Assembly (NCBI GenBank): GCA_040902005.1 | Contig: JBBDYA010000041.1 | Coordinates: 1 to 37,178, forward strand | Direction: 5' to 3' | DNA length: 37,178 bases | Origin: Gemmatimonadaceae bacterium | GTDB lineage: Bacteria; Gemmatimonadota; Gemmatimonadetes; Gemmatimonadales; Gemmatimonadaceae | Part shown: in pieces, positions 26,556 to 36,318 of the stretch | How positions within the stretch are numbered: position 1 is the first letter of the stretch | Layout of the letters: every line of letters starts with the position of its first letter | Translations under genes and position numbers: made by a program | Notes under the pieces: model-generated | Told to the model about the DNA's origin: nothing | The model's database searches: none | The model's input: only the letters and a program-made list of their open reading frames with translations

Positions 26556-29500
26556 CGCGGCTCCTTGATCGTCTCCTTCACCAGGAACGGCACGCCATCC
26601 GTCATCCACTTCGGCGCCGGCGCCCCCTTCAGGTAGTGATCGAAGAACTGCATGTACCGGATCGTCAGGTCCTTCCGGTTCGCCACGCCGCGCAGCCCGT
26701 GCCCCTCGTTCGGATACGCCAGCAGGTACGCGGTCTTCTTGTTGAACCGCAGCGCGTTGTAGAAGTTCAGCCCCTCGCTGAACGCCACGGTCGGATCCGC
26801 GGTGCCGTGCATGATCAGCACGGGCATGCTCACGTTCGGTGCGTTGGGCAGCGCCGACTCCCGGCGGTACAGCTCCGGATCCTCCCACGGCGACTTTCCC
26901 CAGCGACCCTGCCCGTTCAGGTAGTAGTCGTACCCGGTGGCGCCGCTGCCACTGTTCACCTGGTAACTCCATCCCCAGTTCTGCGAGAAGTCGGACGTCA
27001 GGTCCGTCACGCCGGCGCCCATCCCCACCGCGGCGAACAGCTTTGACTGCGTGGCGATGAACGCCGCCCCCTCGCCGCCGTAGCTGTGCCCGTGCACGGC
27101 CACCTTCGCCGAGTCGGCGTAGCCCAGCGCGATCACCTTCCGCGTCGCCGCCTCCACCGCCTCCAGCATGTCGCTGTGCGACGAGCCCGTCCTGAAGTGC
27201 ACGTCCGGAATCATCGCCACGTACCCGCGGCTCACCGCCTCGATCGGGATGCTCCCCATCCCGCCCAGGAATGACGGCGGCGTGTGCCGGTTCAGCCCGG
27301 CCGTCTGCCGTTCGTAGAAGCTCACGATCATCGGACGACGCTCGAAGTCCTTGTAGTCGTCGGGCAGCGCGATCATCCCCTGCATCGTCTTCCCGTCCTT
27401 GAGCTGGAAGTCGAACAGCACCCGACGCCCCCAGATGAAGTCGTCCTGCTGCGGGTTGGCCTGCGTGATCTTCGTCGCGTTGCCGAACGCCGCGCCCGAC
27501 ACGCGCAGGTCCGGATACTCCGCGAAGGTCTGCCGCGTGAACAGGTAGCGGTCCGCCTTGAGCGCGCGCTCCGGCGTGGTGAACATCGCGTCGTCGTAGA
27601 CGATGGACCGCAGGGTGTTGCCGGCAAGCTCGTAGTACCCGTTCTTCTTCGTGATCTCGCCGAACGCCGAGAGCGTCACCGGCTTCGCCAGGTCCACCAC
27701 GCGCTGGTCGCGCGCCGCCCGCGGCGACATCGGGTCCACCGGCACGGTACGCGTTACGCGCAGGCGCATCTCGTTCCGCGACCCCTCGCCGCGGGTGAGC
27801 TCCCGCGCCGCCGACCCATCATATGGAAGGAGCCACAGGTCGTAGCGATGGTTCACGATCGCACCCCGCCCGTCCGCCGAGTAGCCGGCGATGCCGTAGG
27901 AGGGCTTCGGGGTTGGGAACTCCCACTCCTGGCTCGCGAAGCTCGGCGCCTGCGCGCCGCCCAGCACGCGCGACGTACCCGCGTCCAGGTTGTAGTCGTG
28001 GAACTTCTCGTCCTTCCAGTAGAGGTAGTGCCGCCCGTCTGACGAGATGCCGAACACGCCGTTGCTCAGCACGTGTTCGCGGAGCATCAGCGTCCGCTCT
28101 CCCGTCATCGTGTTCACTCTGTAGAAGTCCGCGCGTTGAAGGCCGTGGTCCACGACGTACGTGCGCGCGTCGCGCCCCACCGCCCAGCGTCCGTCCGGCG
28201 CCACCTCCAGGTCGCGCAGTGTGGAGTCGGACAGCGCGATGAACCGGCCGCCGGGCACGGCGACGTCGAACGCCTGCCGGAAGGTGAAGTTCCGCTCCGC
28301 GTTCGCGCGGATCATCTGCACTGACTGCACCCGCTCGTCGTCCGTGCGCCACACGTCCACGTTCGCCGTGGAATCGGTGCTGCGCGGGCGCGTGGTGTCC
28401 GGCGCCGGCGTGCGCGCGATGATCCCGAAGAAGACGCGCCGGTTGTCGTCGCTCCATGAGAGCGCCGCGCGGTCGCTGATGACGAACCCCTTCGGGAAAC
28501 CCGCGGCGGTCGTGTCGAGCGTCACCGGCTTCGCCGCGGCCGCCGTCGCCGCGGTGCCGAAGACGGCGCGCACGTTCGGGTATACCAACAGCACCTTGTC
28601 GCGCTCACGCATGCGCGGCACTTCCTTCGCCTTGAGCGCGGCGACCGCGGTGCCCGCGTCGTTCCACGCCAGCCGGCTGTACGTCAGCTTGTCGTTGTCC
28701 AGCACGTGCGTGCGCCCCGTCGCGAGATCCACCGCGAACAGGCCGTTCCCGTCCTTCACCGTTGCTTCCACGGTGTACGCCAGCAGCGTGCCTACGCGGT
28801 TGAATTCCGCTTCGCCCACGGAGCCCAGCAGCACCGTGCGTTCCGTGGCCAGGTCGTGCAGCAGCGCGTCGCGTCCGCGCATGGACGCCGCCGGCGATCC
28901 CGCGGCTGCCCCTCCCCCTCCCCCACCGGCCGAGGCTGCACCACCACCCGCCCCGCCGGCGCCACCCGCCTGCGGCGGACGACGGTGCATGAGCAGGTGG
29001 GTTGCGGTGGGCGAGAACTCCGCGGTCTGGATGTCCTGCCAGAACTTCGTGGACCCCGTGGCCAGCTCGCGCAGCTCCGTGCGCCGCCGTGGCGGCGGTG
29101 TCGTGTCTGCCCGCGTGCGGGACGCGCCCGCCGTGACAGTGGCGGTCGTATCGGCCGGCGTGGAATCACGCGGTGGCGCGCGACGCGTGGAATCGCGCCG
29201 CGGGGGCGGCAGCTCGATCTGGTACGTGACCCAGCGCGAGTCCGACGAGAACCTCGGCGCCGTGGCGTAGTGGATCACGGTGTCCTGCATCGTGTCCAGC
29301 CGCTTGATGTGCAGTTCCGGCTTCGCGTCCGCCGTCGGCACGTTCGTGAACCGCATCACGTATGCGACCCACTTGCCGTCGGGGGAAATCTGTTCGTCGC
29401 CCACGGTGCGCCACTTCGAGTAGTCGTCGATCGACAGTGCCCGGCGGACCTTGGGATCGGCGGGCTTTGCGTTCGCGGCAGCGGGCGCGGCACCGGTCTG

Positions 29501-29581
29501 GACGACGCCCTGAGCAGACGCCGCGGCACCGGGGAAAAGGAGAAGCAGAGCGGCGGAAAGAACGCGTAGGTGGCGGAACAT
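26552..29581 (-). CDS. Large exported S9 (prolyl oligopeptidase family) peptidase
   Basis: Signal peptide from ATG 29581, beta-propeller repeats (SPDG..., SSDGR), catalytic GHSYGG, HGTAD and EGHG. Confidence 0.93.
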   Translation of the reverse strand: MFRHLRVLSAALLLLFPGAAASAQGVVQTGAAPAAANAKPADPKVRRALSIDDYSKWRTVGDEQISPDGKWVAYVMRFTNVPTADAKPELHIKRLDTMQDTVIHYATAPRFSSDSRWVTYQIELPPPRRDSTRRAPPRDSTPADTTATVTAGASRTRADTTPPPRRRTELRELATGSTKFWQDIQTAEFSPTATHLLMHRRPPQAGGAGGAGGGAASAGGGGGGAAAGSPAASMRGRDALLHDLATERTVLLGSVGEAEFNRVGTLLAYTVEATVKDGNGLFAVDLATGRTHVLDNDKLTYSRLAWNDAGTAVAALKAKEVPRMRERDKVLLVYPNVRAVFGTAATAAAAKPVTLDTTAAGFPKGFVISDRAALSWSDDNRRVFFGIIARTPAPDTTRPRSTDSTANVDVWRTDDERVQSVQMIRANAERNFTFRQAFDVAVPGGRFIALSDSTLRDLEVAPDGRWAVGRDARTYVVDHGLQRADFYRVNTMTGERTLMLREHVLSNGVFGISSDGRHYLYWKDEKFHDYNLDAGTSRVLGGAQAPSFASQEWEFPTPKPSYGIAGYSADGRGAIVNHRYDLWLLPYDGSAARELTRGEGSRNEMRLRVTRTVPVDPMSPRAARDQRVVDLAKPVTLSAFGEITKKNGYYELAGNTLRSIVYDDAMFTTPERALKADRYLFTRQTFAEYPDLRVSGAAFGNATKITQANPQQDDFIWGRRVLFDFQLKDGKTMQGMIALPDDYKDFERRPMIVSFYERQTAGLNRHTPPSFLGGMGSIPIEAVSRGYVAMIPDVHFRTGSSHSDMLEAVEAATRKVIALGYADSAKVAVHGHSYGGEGAAFIATQSKLFAAVGMGAGVTDLTSDFSQNWGWSYQVNSGSGATGYDYYLNGQGRWGKSPWEDPELYRRESALPNAPNVSMPVLIMHGTADPTVAFSEGLNFYNALRFNKKTAYLLAYPNEGHGLRGVANRKDLTIRYMQFFDHYLKGAPAPKWMTDGVPFLVKETIKEPR

Positions 29582-29761
29582 GGCGGTCACGGGTAGGCGG
29601 GACGAGGAAGGCGGCGCGGTGGTATCCACAGGCCGGAACAGCAGATGGAATCTGCGCCAGCGTACCGCTCGGACGCCAGAGCGCGGTTGGTCACGCTGCG
29701 GCAGTTTGGCAAGGAGAGTCCACGCGGGGCCCATCCGCCGCCCTGGCCTGAGCCCGGCAGT

Positions 29762-30643
29762 TCAGGGCGTCATTCCCGCATTGTACGTCGTGAGAAACCC
29801 GATGAACCGCGCCACCTCGGTGATGTCGCGCGCGGTGAACCGTATGGTGTGCGCGTCCGCCCGCTCCACTCCCGGCAGGTAGGTCACGATCTCGGCCGGC
29901 GTATAGTTCTTGAAGGTGATCTCGAGGCGGAGCGGCCCGCGCAGCACGTACGGCCGAATCGACGCGCGCTTGGCGAGCCCTGAGCGCACCTTCTCCCTGA
30001 TCAACGCCTGTCCCGCCGCCGGCGTCATCGTGTTCGCCGAGTGGAAGGTGATCGCGCGCTTCACTACCGCCCCTTCGGCGTCCGGAACCAGCTGCTGGAG
30101 CTCGGCGACCGCGGCGTCGTCTCCCGAAATGGCGACGACCGGCACGCCGAAGTGCCCGGCGATCGCGGCGTTGATTCCCGACTCCGCCATCGCCACACCA
30201 TTGATCTTCACGGCGGCGAACGTTGCGCTCGATATGGTGTGCGCGCGCACCCCCGCGGGGTTCGTCGTCGCCGAGTGGTAGGCGATGAAGACGGCGGCGG
30301 TAAAGCTCGAGTCGATCCCGTGCATCATCGAGAGGGGGCGCGGCCAGGAGCGCACGATGCGCACGTCCGCGGGAAAGCGCTCGATGAGCAGATTCTGCCC
30401 ATTGCCGTGCGCGTCGACGACGAGGATCTCGGCCGCGCCAGCCTCCTTCGCCGCGTCCACCGCCGCCATCGCCTCGGCGGTCATGAACTCGCGGAATCGC
30501 TGGTACTCGAAGCCGGGGGGGCCCAACTGTTCGCCAGTGACGGCGCCGGTGAGCCCCTCCATGTCCACCGAGATGAGAACCTTGAGGGGGCGCTGCGCGC
30601 CGAGGGGCAGCGCGAGAACGAGCAGGAGGGCGAGCGTGCGCAT
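29762..30643 (-). CDS. M55-family D-aminopeptidase (DppA-like) with a predicted signal peptide
   Basis: ISVDMEG, DAHG, YHS, HT and ES metal-binding motifs. N-terminus MRTLALLLVLALPLGA-Q. Confidence 0.9.
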   Translation of the reverse strand: MRTLALLLVLALPLGAQRPLKVLISVDMEGLTGAVTGEQLGPPGFEYQRFREFMTAEAMAAVDAAKEAGAAEILVVDAHGNGQNLLIERFPADVRIVRSWPRPLSMMHGIDSSFTAAVFIAYHSATTNPAGVRAHTISSATFAAVKINGVAMAESGINAAIAGHFGVPVVAISGDDAAVAELQQLVPDAEGAVVKRAITFHSANTMTPAAGQALIREKVRSGLAKRASIRPYVLRGPLRLEITFKNYTPAEIVTYLPGVERADAHTIRFTARDITEVARFIGFLTTYNAGMTP

Positions 30644-30784
30644 CGGGTTGGGGGCAAAGGTCGATGAAGAATCGGGGTCGTCGATGACCTGAGGCGCAAC
30701 GCCAGCGTTGCTCTCCCGGGCATCGCCCCAATATTGGAGCACCTTTCACCGAATGGACATGCCCATGATCGCGATGATGGCCGC

Positions 30785-32098
30785 GTGACCGACAGGCTCC
30801 GCCGGACGCTCTCGCAGCGCGACCTCATCTCGATCGTCGTCGGAACCGTCATCGGGTCGGGCATCTTCCTCACGCCAGGCGCCGTCGTGCGCGCCGCGGG
30901 CTCCGGGGGCGTGGCGCTCGTCGCCTGGACGGTGGGCGGGATTCTTTCGCTCCTCGGCGCGCTCACCTTCGCCGAGCTGGGAGCGTCGCGTCCGCAGAGC
31001 GGCGGCCTGTACGTCTACCTGCGCGACGCGTTCGGGCCGGCGCTCGCTTTCCTCTTCGGCTGGACGATGTTCCTGGTCATCGGGAGCGGTTCGCTGGCCA
31101 CCTTGGCCGCGGCGTTTCCACGCTACGTGAGCGCGTTCGTGCCGGTCGGCGACCTGGCCGCGAAGGGGATTTCACTGCTCATGATCGCGAGCGTTGCCGC
31201 GCTCAACATCCGCGGCACGCGCCAGAGCGCGAATGTGCAAGGTCTGGCCACGGCAATGAAGGCGGGCGTGCTCATCCTGTTGGCGACCGCGCTTGTCGCG
31301 CTCAGTGACCGGCCGGTGGACGCGGCGCCGCAGCGCTGGTGGCCCGAGGAGATGTCGTTCTCCGTGCTCGCGGGCGCGATGACGGGAATGATCGGAGTGC
31401 TCTGGGCCTACGAGGGGTGGCAGTACGTGACCTTCTCGGCGGGCGAGACGGTGGACCCGCAGAAGACATTCGGCCGGTCGATCGTGATTGGCACCGTGAT
31501 CCTCATCGGGATCTACGTTTTCGCGAACGTCGGCTACTTCGCGGCGCTCGGCGTGGACGGCGTGGCGTCGAGCAACAGGGTGGCGTCCGACGCGGCGGAT
31601 GCGGTGCTCGGTCCGTGGGCCGGCCGCGCGCTGGCCGCGGTGATCCTCGTGTCGATCTTCAGCGCGGCGAACGGGCTCACCCTCACCCTGCCCCGCCTGT
31701 TCTTCGCCATGTCGCAGGACAGGCTGTTCTTCGCGCGGCTCGCCCACGTTCACCCGAAGTTCGGGACGCCGGCGTGGGCGATCGCCGGCACGGCACTCTG
31801 GTCGGGTGTGCTTGTGCTGAGCGGCACGTTCGAGCAGTTGCTCACCTACGTGGTGTTCATGTCGTGGGTGTGGTTCGCGCTCGCGACGCTGGCGATCTTC
31901 GCCTACCGGCGCAGCGAGCCCGACGCTCAGCGACCGTTCAGGACACCTGGCTATCCCCTCACGCCGATTCTGTTCGTGCTCTCGGCGCTGGGGATCGTGG
32001 CAAATACCGTGTTCGCGCAGCCGGTGCAGTCGCTGATCGGCCTGGGAATCACGGCGCTGGGGCTGCCCGCGTATCTGTGGTGGCGCTCAAATCCGTAG
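30785..32098 (+). CDS. APC-superfamily amino acid permease (LAT/SteT-like)
   Basis: GTVIGSGIF, AELG...SGGLYVY, WAYEGW...AGE, RPFRTPGYP, about 12 TM. GTG start. Confidence 0.93.
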   Translation: MTDRLRRTLSQRDLISIVVGTVIGSGIFLTPGAVVRAAGSGGVALVAWTVGGILSLLGALTFAELGASRPQSGGLYVYLRDAFGPALAFLFGWTMFLVIGSGSLATLAAAFPRYVSAFVPVGDLAAKGISLLMIASVAALNIRGTRQSANVQGLATAMKAGVLILLATALVALSDRPVDAAPQRWWPEEMSFSVLAGAMTGMIGVLWAYEGWQYVTFSAGETVDPQKTFGRSIVIGTVILIGIYVFANVGYFAALGVDGVASSNRVASDAADAVLGPWAGRALAAVILVSIFSAANGLTLTLPRLFFAMSQDRLFFARLAHVHPKFGTPAWAIAGTALWSGVLVLSGTFEQLLTYVVFMSWVWFALATLAIFAYRRSEPDAQRPFRTPGYPLTPILFVLSALGIVANTVFAQPVQSLIGLGITALGLPAYLWWRSNP

Positions 32099-32181
32099 AC
32101 GTTTCCGCTGATTCGGCGGCTCCTATCTGCGCAAGACAGCCGCCCGCTTGTGGCAAACTCTGCCGGACCCTCCACGAGCGC

Positions 32182-34779
32182 TCATGGCGTAACGGTCGGC
32201 TGTTTCACGTACGTGTCGAGCCAGTTCACCATCTCCCACACCACGTGCCGCCGGCTTTCCTTCGCGATGTAGCCGTGCGACTCCAGCGGCAGCTGCACGT
32301 AGCGCACATTGCCCCCGTTCCCCTTGAGCGCCGCGTACATGCGCTCCGATTGAATCGGGAACGTGCCCACGTTGGGATCGTGCGTGCCGTGAATCAGGAG
32401 GATGGGCTCCTTGATCTTGTCCGCGTGCCGGAAGGGCGACATGGCGTCGTAGACCTCGGGCGCCTCCCAGTAGGTGCGCGGCTCGGCCTGAAATCCGAAG
32501 GGGGTAAGCGACCGGTTGTAGGCGCCGCTGCGAGCGATGCCGGCGCGGAACAGGTCGGAGTGCGCCAGGAGATTTCCCGTCATGAACGCGCCGTACGAGT
32601 GGCCGCCCACGCCCATGCGCTGGCGGTCGCCGACGCCCAGGTCCACCAGCTTGTCGATCGCCGCCTGCGCGCTGGCCACGAGCTGCTCGACGTACTTGTC
32701 GTTGGGCTCCCCGCCGTCCTTGCCCACGATCGGCATGGTGGGGTTGTCCAACACGCCGTAACCGGCCGCCAGCAGCAGCAGGTGATCCGAGCGGCTGGGA
32801 CGCCGGAACTGGTGCGGCGATCCCGCCACCTGCGACGCCGCGTCCTCCGACATGAACTCCTGCGGATACGCCCAGAGGAAGAAGGGCAGCCGTCCGTCGC
32901 GGGTTCTGTCGTAGCCCGGCGGAAGATAGAGCGTGCCGGCGAGCTGCACGCCGTCGGCGCGCGTGTATCGGATCTGCTCCGCCTTCACCTGCGAGAAGAA
33001 CGGGGCGGGATCGGGCAGGGTCGTGAGTCGCGCCAGCCGGTTCGAGCGCGTGTCGCGAATGTAGTAGTCGGGGCGATCCGTGGGCGACTCGCGCCGCAGG
33101 ATCACGCGGCGGGCCGCGGGATCGGCAAGGCCCACCACGATCTCGTAGGACGGCGGCTGCGACTGCCACAGCCGTTCCCGCTTGCCCGTCGCGATCTCGA
33201 TGCGGTCGAGATAGGGACGATCGCCATCCTTTTCCTGCGACGCGCCCGGACCCGTCAGGTAGTGCCAGCGGCCGTCGGGACTGGCCAGCGGCACGAACCG
33301 ATCGCTCGCCAGGTCGTACGTCTGCACGAGCGTGCCGGGTTGCTCGGCGCGACTCTCGTAGTTGTAGTCCCAGAGCAGGCGCGGCGTGCCGCCCCCGGGA
33401 AGCGTGGGGTTGATGACCCAGGACTTCGCGCGCGTTTCCTGCCGGGTGACCTCGGTGAGGATGGCGACGGTGGGACTCACGTGCTGAAGGCCGCCGAAGC
33501 GCAGCTCGGTCTCGACGAACGGCTGCGGCTCGCCGGTGAACGGCGCCTTCAATTGCGAAACGCGATCGCGCTTCGGCACGCTCTTGCGCGGATCGCCGTC
33601 GTCGAGCGCCTGGACCAGCAAAAGCGTCGCCGGCTCGTCCGCGCGCCAGTTGATGCTGCGAACGCCCGGCGAGGTGGCGTCCCGCATACTCGGCTGACTC
33701 TCGATCAACGGCCGCTCGTACACGGTGCGCACCACGCGGCCATCGAGCGTCCACACTTCCGTCTTCAGCGGGAAGTTGGACATCCCCACCTGGTACGAGT
33801 AGGGCCGGTGATTCTGCCTGACCAGCAGATACCTGCCGTCGGGCGACGTTGACGGCGGCGAGTGCACCGCGGGCGCGCCGAGCGGCGTCACGCGTCCATC
33901 TACGTCGATCGCAGCGAGTTGCGACGTGAAGTAGTAATCGAACAAGGATTCGTCGTGGCGATCCTTCAGAAGATACGTGTTGGTGCGCGACGGCACCGCT
34001 CGACCGAACGACTGCTGCACGATCGGTCCCGAGGGCATGGCAGGCGCACTGGGCTCCTCAGCCGAGCGCCCTTCCGGAAAGAGCAGGCACACCGCGGGAG
34101 CGCTGCCCGCGGTCCAGCCGCAGCCACCCGATACGAAGTTGATGACTGGTCCGGTAAGCCGTCGCGCGGTGCCCGCGTTCCTGTCGGCCACCCAGAGCGC
34201 CTGCCCGTCTGGGGTCGTGGCGCTGAAGAGATAGTGCCTGCCGTCGCGGGACCACCCGCCCTCCGGCGACAGCCGGCCGGTCAATCCCGGTGCCGCGATC
34301 GCGCGCGCGGACTTCGCGGCGACGTCGAACACGCTCAGCGTCATGCGATCCGGCGTGATGACGAAGTACGCGAGCTGCGTATTGTCGCGATTCCACTGCG
34401 GATAGCTGAGGCGCGCGCCGCTCGGCACGGGGATGGTGATCTCGGCGCCGCCGTCCACGGCCTTGAGCGACGCGGAGCGCACGCCCTCCAGGTCGATGCG
34501 GTGCACGGGCAGCGTGCGGATGCGGCGGCCCGCGAGATACTGCGTCGGCTCGGCCAGCTCGCCGATGGAAGTCTCGGGCACGTCGGACGTGGTGATCAGG
34601 AGCCAGCGCCTGTCGGTGCTGAGCGCCGCCACCTGCGGCGCCGGCGAATCCAGGATCTGCGTGATGGCATCCGCCGGCGTTCGATAGCCGTCCTGCGCCG
34701 AAGCGCCGAGGACCGGAACGAGGAGGAGCGCGGCGGGGAGCGCCACGCGGCGCGCGAACGTGCGAATGAGTGTCGTCAT
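32182..34779 (-). CDS. Exported S9-family peptidase (glutamyl-peptidase-like branch)
   Basis: Signal peptide (ASA-Q), WAYPQEF, GGHSYGAFMT, ARSGAYNRSLTPFGFQ, HG..D and ESHGY. Confidence 0.93.
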   Translation of the reverse strand: MTTLIRTFARRVALPAALLLVPVLGASAQDGYRTPADAITQILDSPAPQVAALSTDRRWLLITTSDVPETSIGELAEPTQYLAGRRIRTLPVHRIDLEGVRSASLKAVDGGAEITIPVPSGARLSYPQWNRDNTQLAYFVITPDRMTLSVFDVAAKSARAIAAPGLTGRLSPEGGWSRDGRHYLFSATTPDGQALWVADRNAGTARRLTGPVINFVSGGCGWTAGSAPAVCLLFPEGRSAEEPSAPAMPSGPIVQQSFGRAVPSRTNTYLLKDRHDESLFDYYFTSQLAAIDVDGRVTPLGAPAVHSPPSTSPDGRYLLVRQNHRPYSYQVGMSNFPLKTEVWTLDGRVVRTVYERPLIESQPSMRDATSPGVRSINWRADEPATLLLVQALDDGDPRKSVPKRDRVSQLKAPFTGEPQPFVETELRFGGLQHVSPTVAILTEVTRQETRAKSWVINPTLPGGGTPRLLWDYNYESRAEQPGTLVQTYDLASDRFVPLASPDGRWHYLTGPGASQEKDGDRPYLDRIEIATGKRERLWQSQPPSYEIVVGLADPAARRVILRRESPTDRPDYYIRDTRSNRLARLTTLPDPAPFFSQVKAEQIRYTRADGVQLAGTLYLPPGYDRTRDGRLPFFLWAYPQEFMSEDAASQVAGSPHQFRRPSRSDHLLLLAAGYGVLDNPTMPIVGKDGGEPNDKYVEQLVASAQAAIDKLVDLGVGDRQRMGVGGHSYGAFMTGNLLAHSDLFRAGIARSGAYNRSLTPFGFQAEPRTYWEAPEVYDAMSPFRHADKIKEPILLIHGTHDPNVGTFPIQSERMYAALKGNGGNVRYVQLPLESHGYIAKESRRHVVWEMVNWLDTYVKQPTVTP

Positions 34780-34860
34780 GTGACCGGGGGTGATGGCTGC
34801 CTAGAAATACCCCGGGAACGCGACCACCGCCAGAGTCGGCGGCTGGGAGGGGGAAGACGA

Positions 34861-35601
34861 TTACGAACGCGGGGCGAGCTGGACGTGCAGGTGGTCCGCC
34901 GTGCCGACGTGTCGCAGGGTGCGAAATCCCATCGACCAGAAGTACAGCTGCAGCGCTCGGTTCCGGAACTCTCCACGGCCGATGGTGCGCAGGTCCGCCG
35001 CGTGCACCCAGCCGTCCGACTGACGGTAGTGCCTGGTGCGCTCGAGTTCGGGCAGCCCCATGCGCGCGTAGTCCGCCGGCACTCGACGCATGTCGGTGAC
35101 CACCACGCCGGGGTCGCCGAGTATGGCCGTGGCCAGTGCCACGCGCAGCACCGGGTGCACGGTGCCGTAGTACCGGCGCACCTCGTCCGACTTGGTGTTC
35201 ACGCGAGAGAGATACAGCGCGGCGTAGCCGCACCACGCCACTGCCAGCGGCAGCATCACCCAGCGCGCCACCCGGGCCACGCGCGCCTGCCCGGAGATCG
35301 CGCGCGACAGCCACGCCGCGTACACGGCCGCGATCCCCAGCGTGAGACACGTCGCGCCCGCTACCGCCGTCCAGGGCGAGAAGCCCGCGCGCAGATACAG
35401 CCACACCGACGCGCGCACGTACACGATGAACGGCAGGGTGATGAACGCGGCCAGGGTGAGCGCCCAGAGCGCAGCGGTCCGCCACGTGAGCGTGCGCGCT
35501 CGCATCACCGTGTGCTTCGCGCGCTTCGTGAGTGGACGCAGCTCGCGCCGCACCTCCCGCTTCAGCTCCTCGAGTCTCGACTCCACCGTGCCGCGCGTCA
35601 T
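34861..35601 (-). CDS. Membrane protein (3 TM) with a C-terminal Hedgehog/DD-peptidase (LAS, M15-like) motif set
   Basis: Three TM helices then VVTDMRR...TRHY...HAADLR...DHLHVQL. Confidence 0.65.
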   Translation of the reverse strand: MTRGTVESRLEELKREVRRELRPLTKRAKHTVMRARTLTWRTAALWALTLAAFITLPFIVYVRASVWLYLRAGFSPWTAVAGATCLTLGIAAVYAAWLSRAISGQARVARVARWVMLPLAVAWCGYAALYLSRVNTKSDEVRRYYGTVHPVLRVALATAILGDPGVVVTDMRRVPADYARMGLPELERTRHYRQSDGWVHAADLRTIGRGEFRNRALQLYFWSMGFRTLRHVGTADHLHVQLAPRS

Positions 35602-35644
35602 ATCGTCCGTACGCTCGCGCGACGCGGCGAGTTCCGCCGCCAGT

Positions 35645-36307
35645 CTATCGCGTCAGGTCGCGCAGGGCGTCCTTGCCGATCCAGCGCTCTGTGGAGTCAT
35701 CGGACGCGGCCAGTGTGCGGGCGAGCGCGAGCGCCGCCGGCTTCACCCCCTTCCGGTGCCCCACGCCGCGCAGCGCCCAGCTCACGCCCTTCTTCACGAA
35801 GTTCCGCGGGTCGTGCGCTTCGCGCGCGATGAGCGTCAGCGACTTCACGAAGCGCGCGTCCGGCGCCTGCTTGTCATGGAGCGCCACGCTGGCCAGCAGC
35901 GCAAACGCGGCGCGCTTGACGAATTCGTCGCGCGAGCGACTCCATGCGGCGATCTGCTTCCACGCGTGGGGCGACCGATCGAACAGGTGAAAGCACATCG
36001 TGTCGCAGATGGCCCAGTTGTCGAATCCCCGGGCCCACGTGTCCATGAGCGCGGGCGTCAGCCGCGCGGGGTCCGCGACGAACGCCGCCATCATGCGCGC
36101 CTCGTACCAGCCGGTGTTCCAGAGCGCCCGCGCCAGCGCCATGTCGCGCCCGTGCTGTTTCGCGATCGTGCGGATGTCCGCCACGCTCACGCCATAGGCC
36201 TTTTTCGCCACGATGCTGTAGCGCGCCATCCCCTCGCGGTTGCGCTTCGTACCCTTGCGCTCGAGCGTCGCGAGGATCGCCCGAGTCCGGTTCGCCGCCG
36301 ATGCCAT
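35645..36307 (-). CDS. DNA alkylation repair protein (AlkD-like HEAT-repeat family)
   Basis: LWNTGWYEAR, FDNWAICD, W..S.DEFVKRA, DPRNFVKKGVSWALR. Confidence 0.9.
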   Translation of the reverse strand: MASAANRTRAILATLERKGTKRNREGMARYSIVAKKAYGVSVADIRTIAKQHGRDMALARALWNTGWYEARMMAAFVADPARLTPALMDTWARGFDNWAICDTMCFHLFDRSPHAWKQIAAWSRSRDEFVKRAAFALLASVALHDKQAPDARFVKSLTLIAREAHDPRNFVKKGVSWALRGVGHRKGVKPAALALARTLAASDDSTERWIGKDALRDLTR

Positions 36308-36318
36308 ACCTTATATAT

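Noticed and set aside
29706..29718. TTGGCAAGGAGAG resembling half of the hairpin core
   Set aside because: Only about 12 nt match and there is no complementary arm, so it may be chance or an unrecognisable remnant.
31339..35832. Very long alternative-frame ORFs (e.g. 31339-33852, 33862-35832, 8986-10635, 21985-23655)
   Set aside because: Arg/Ala/Gly-rich shadow ORFs expected in high-GC DNA, antisense to or out of frame with well-supported genes.
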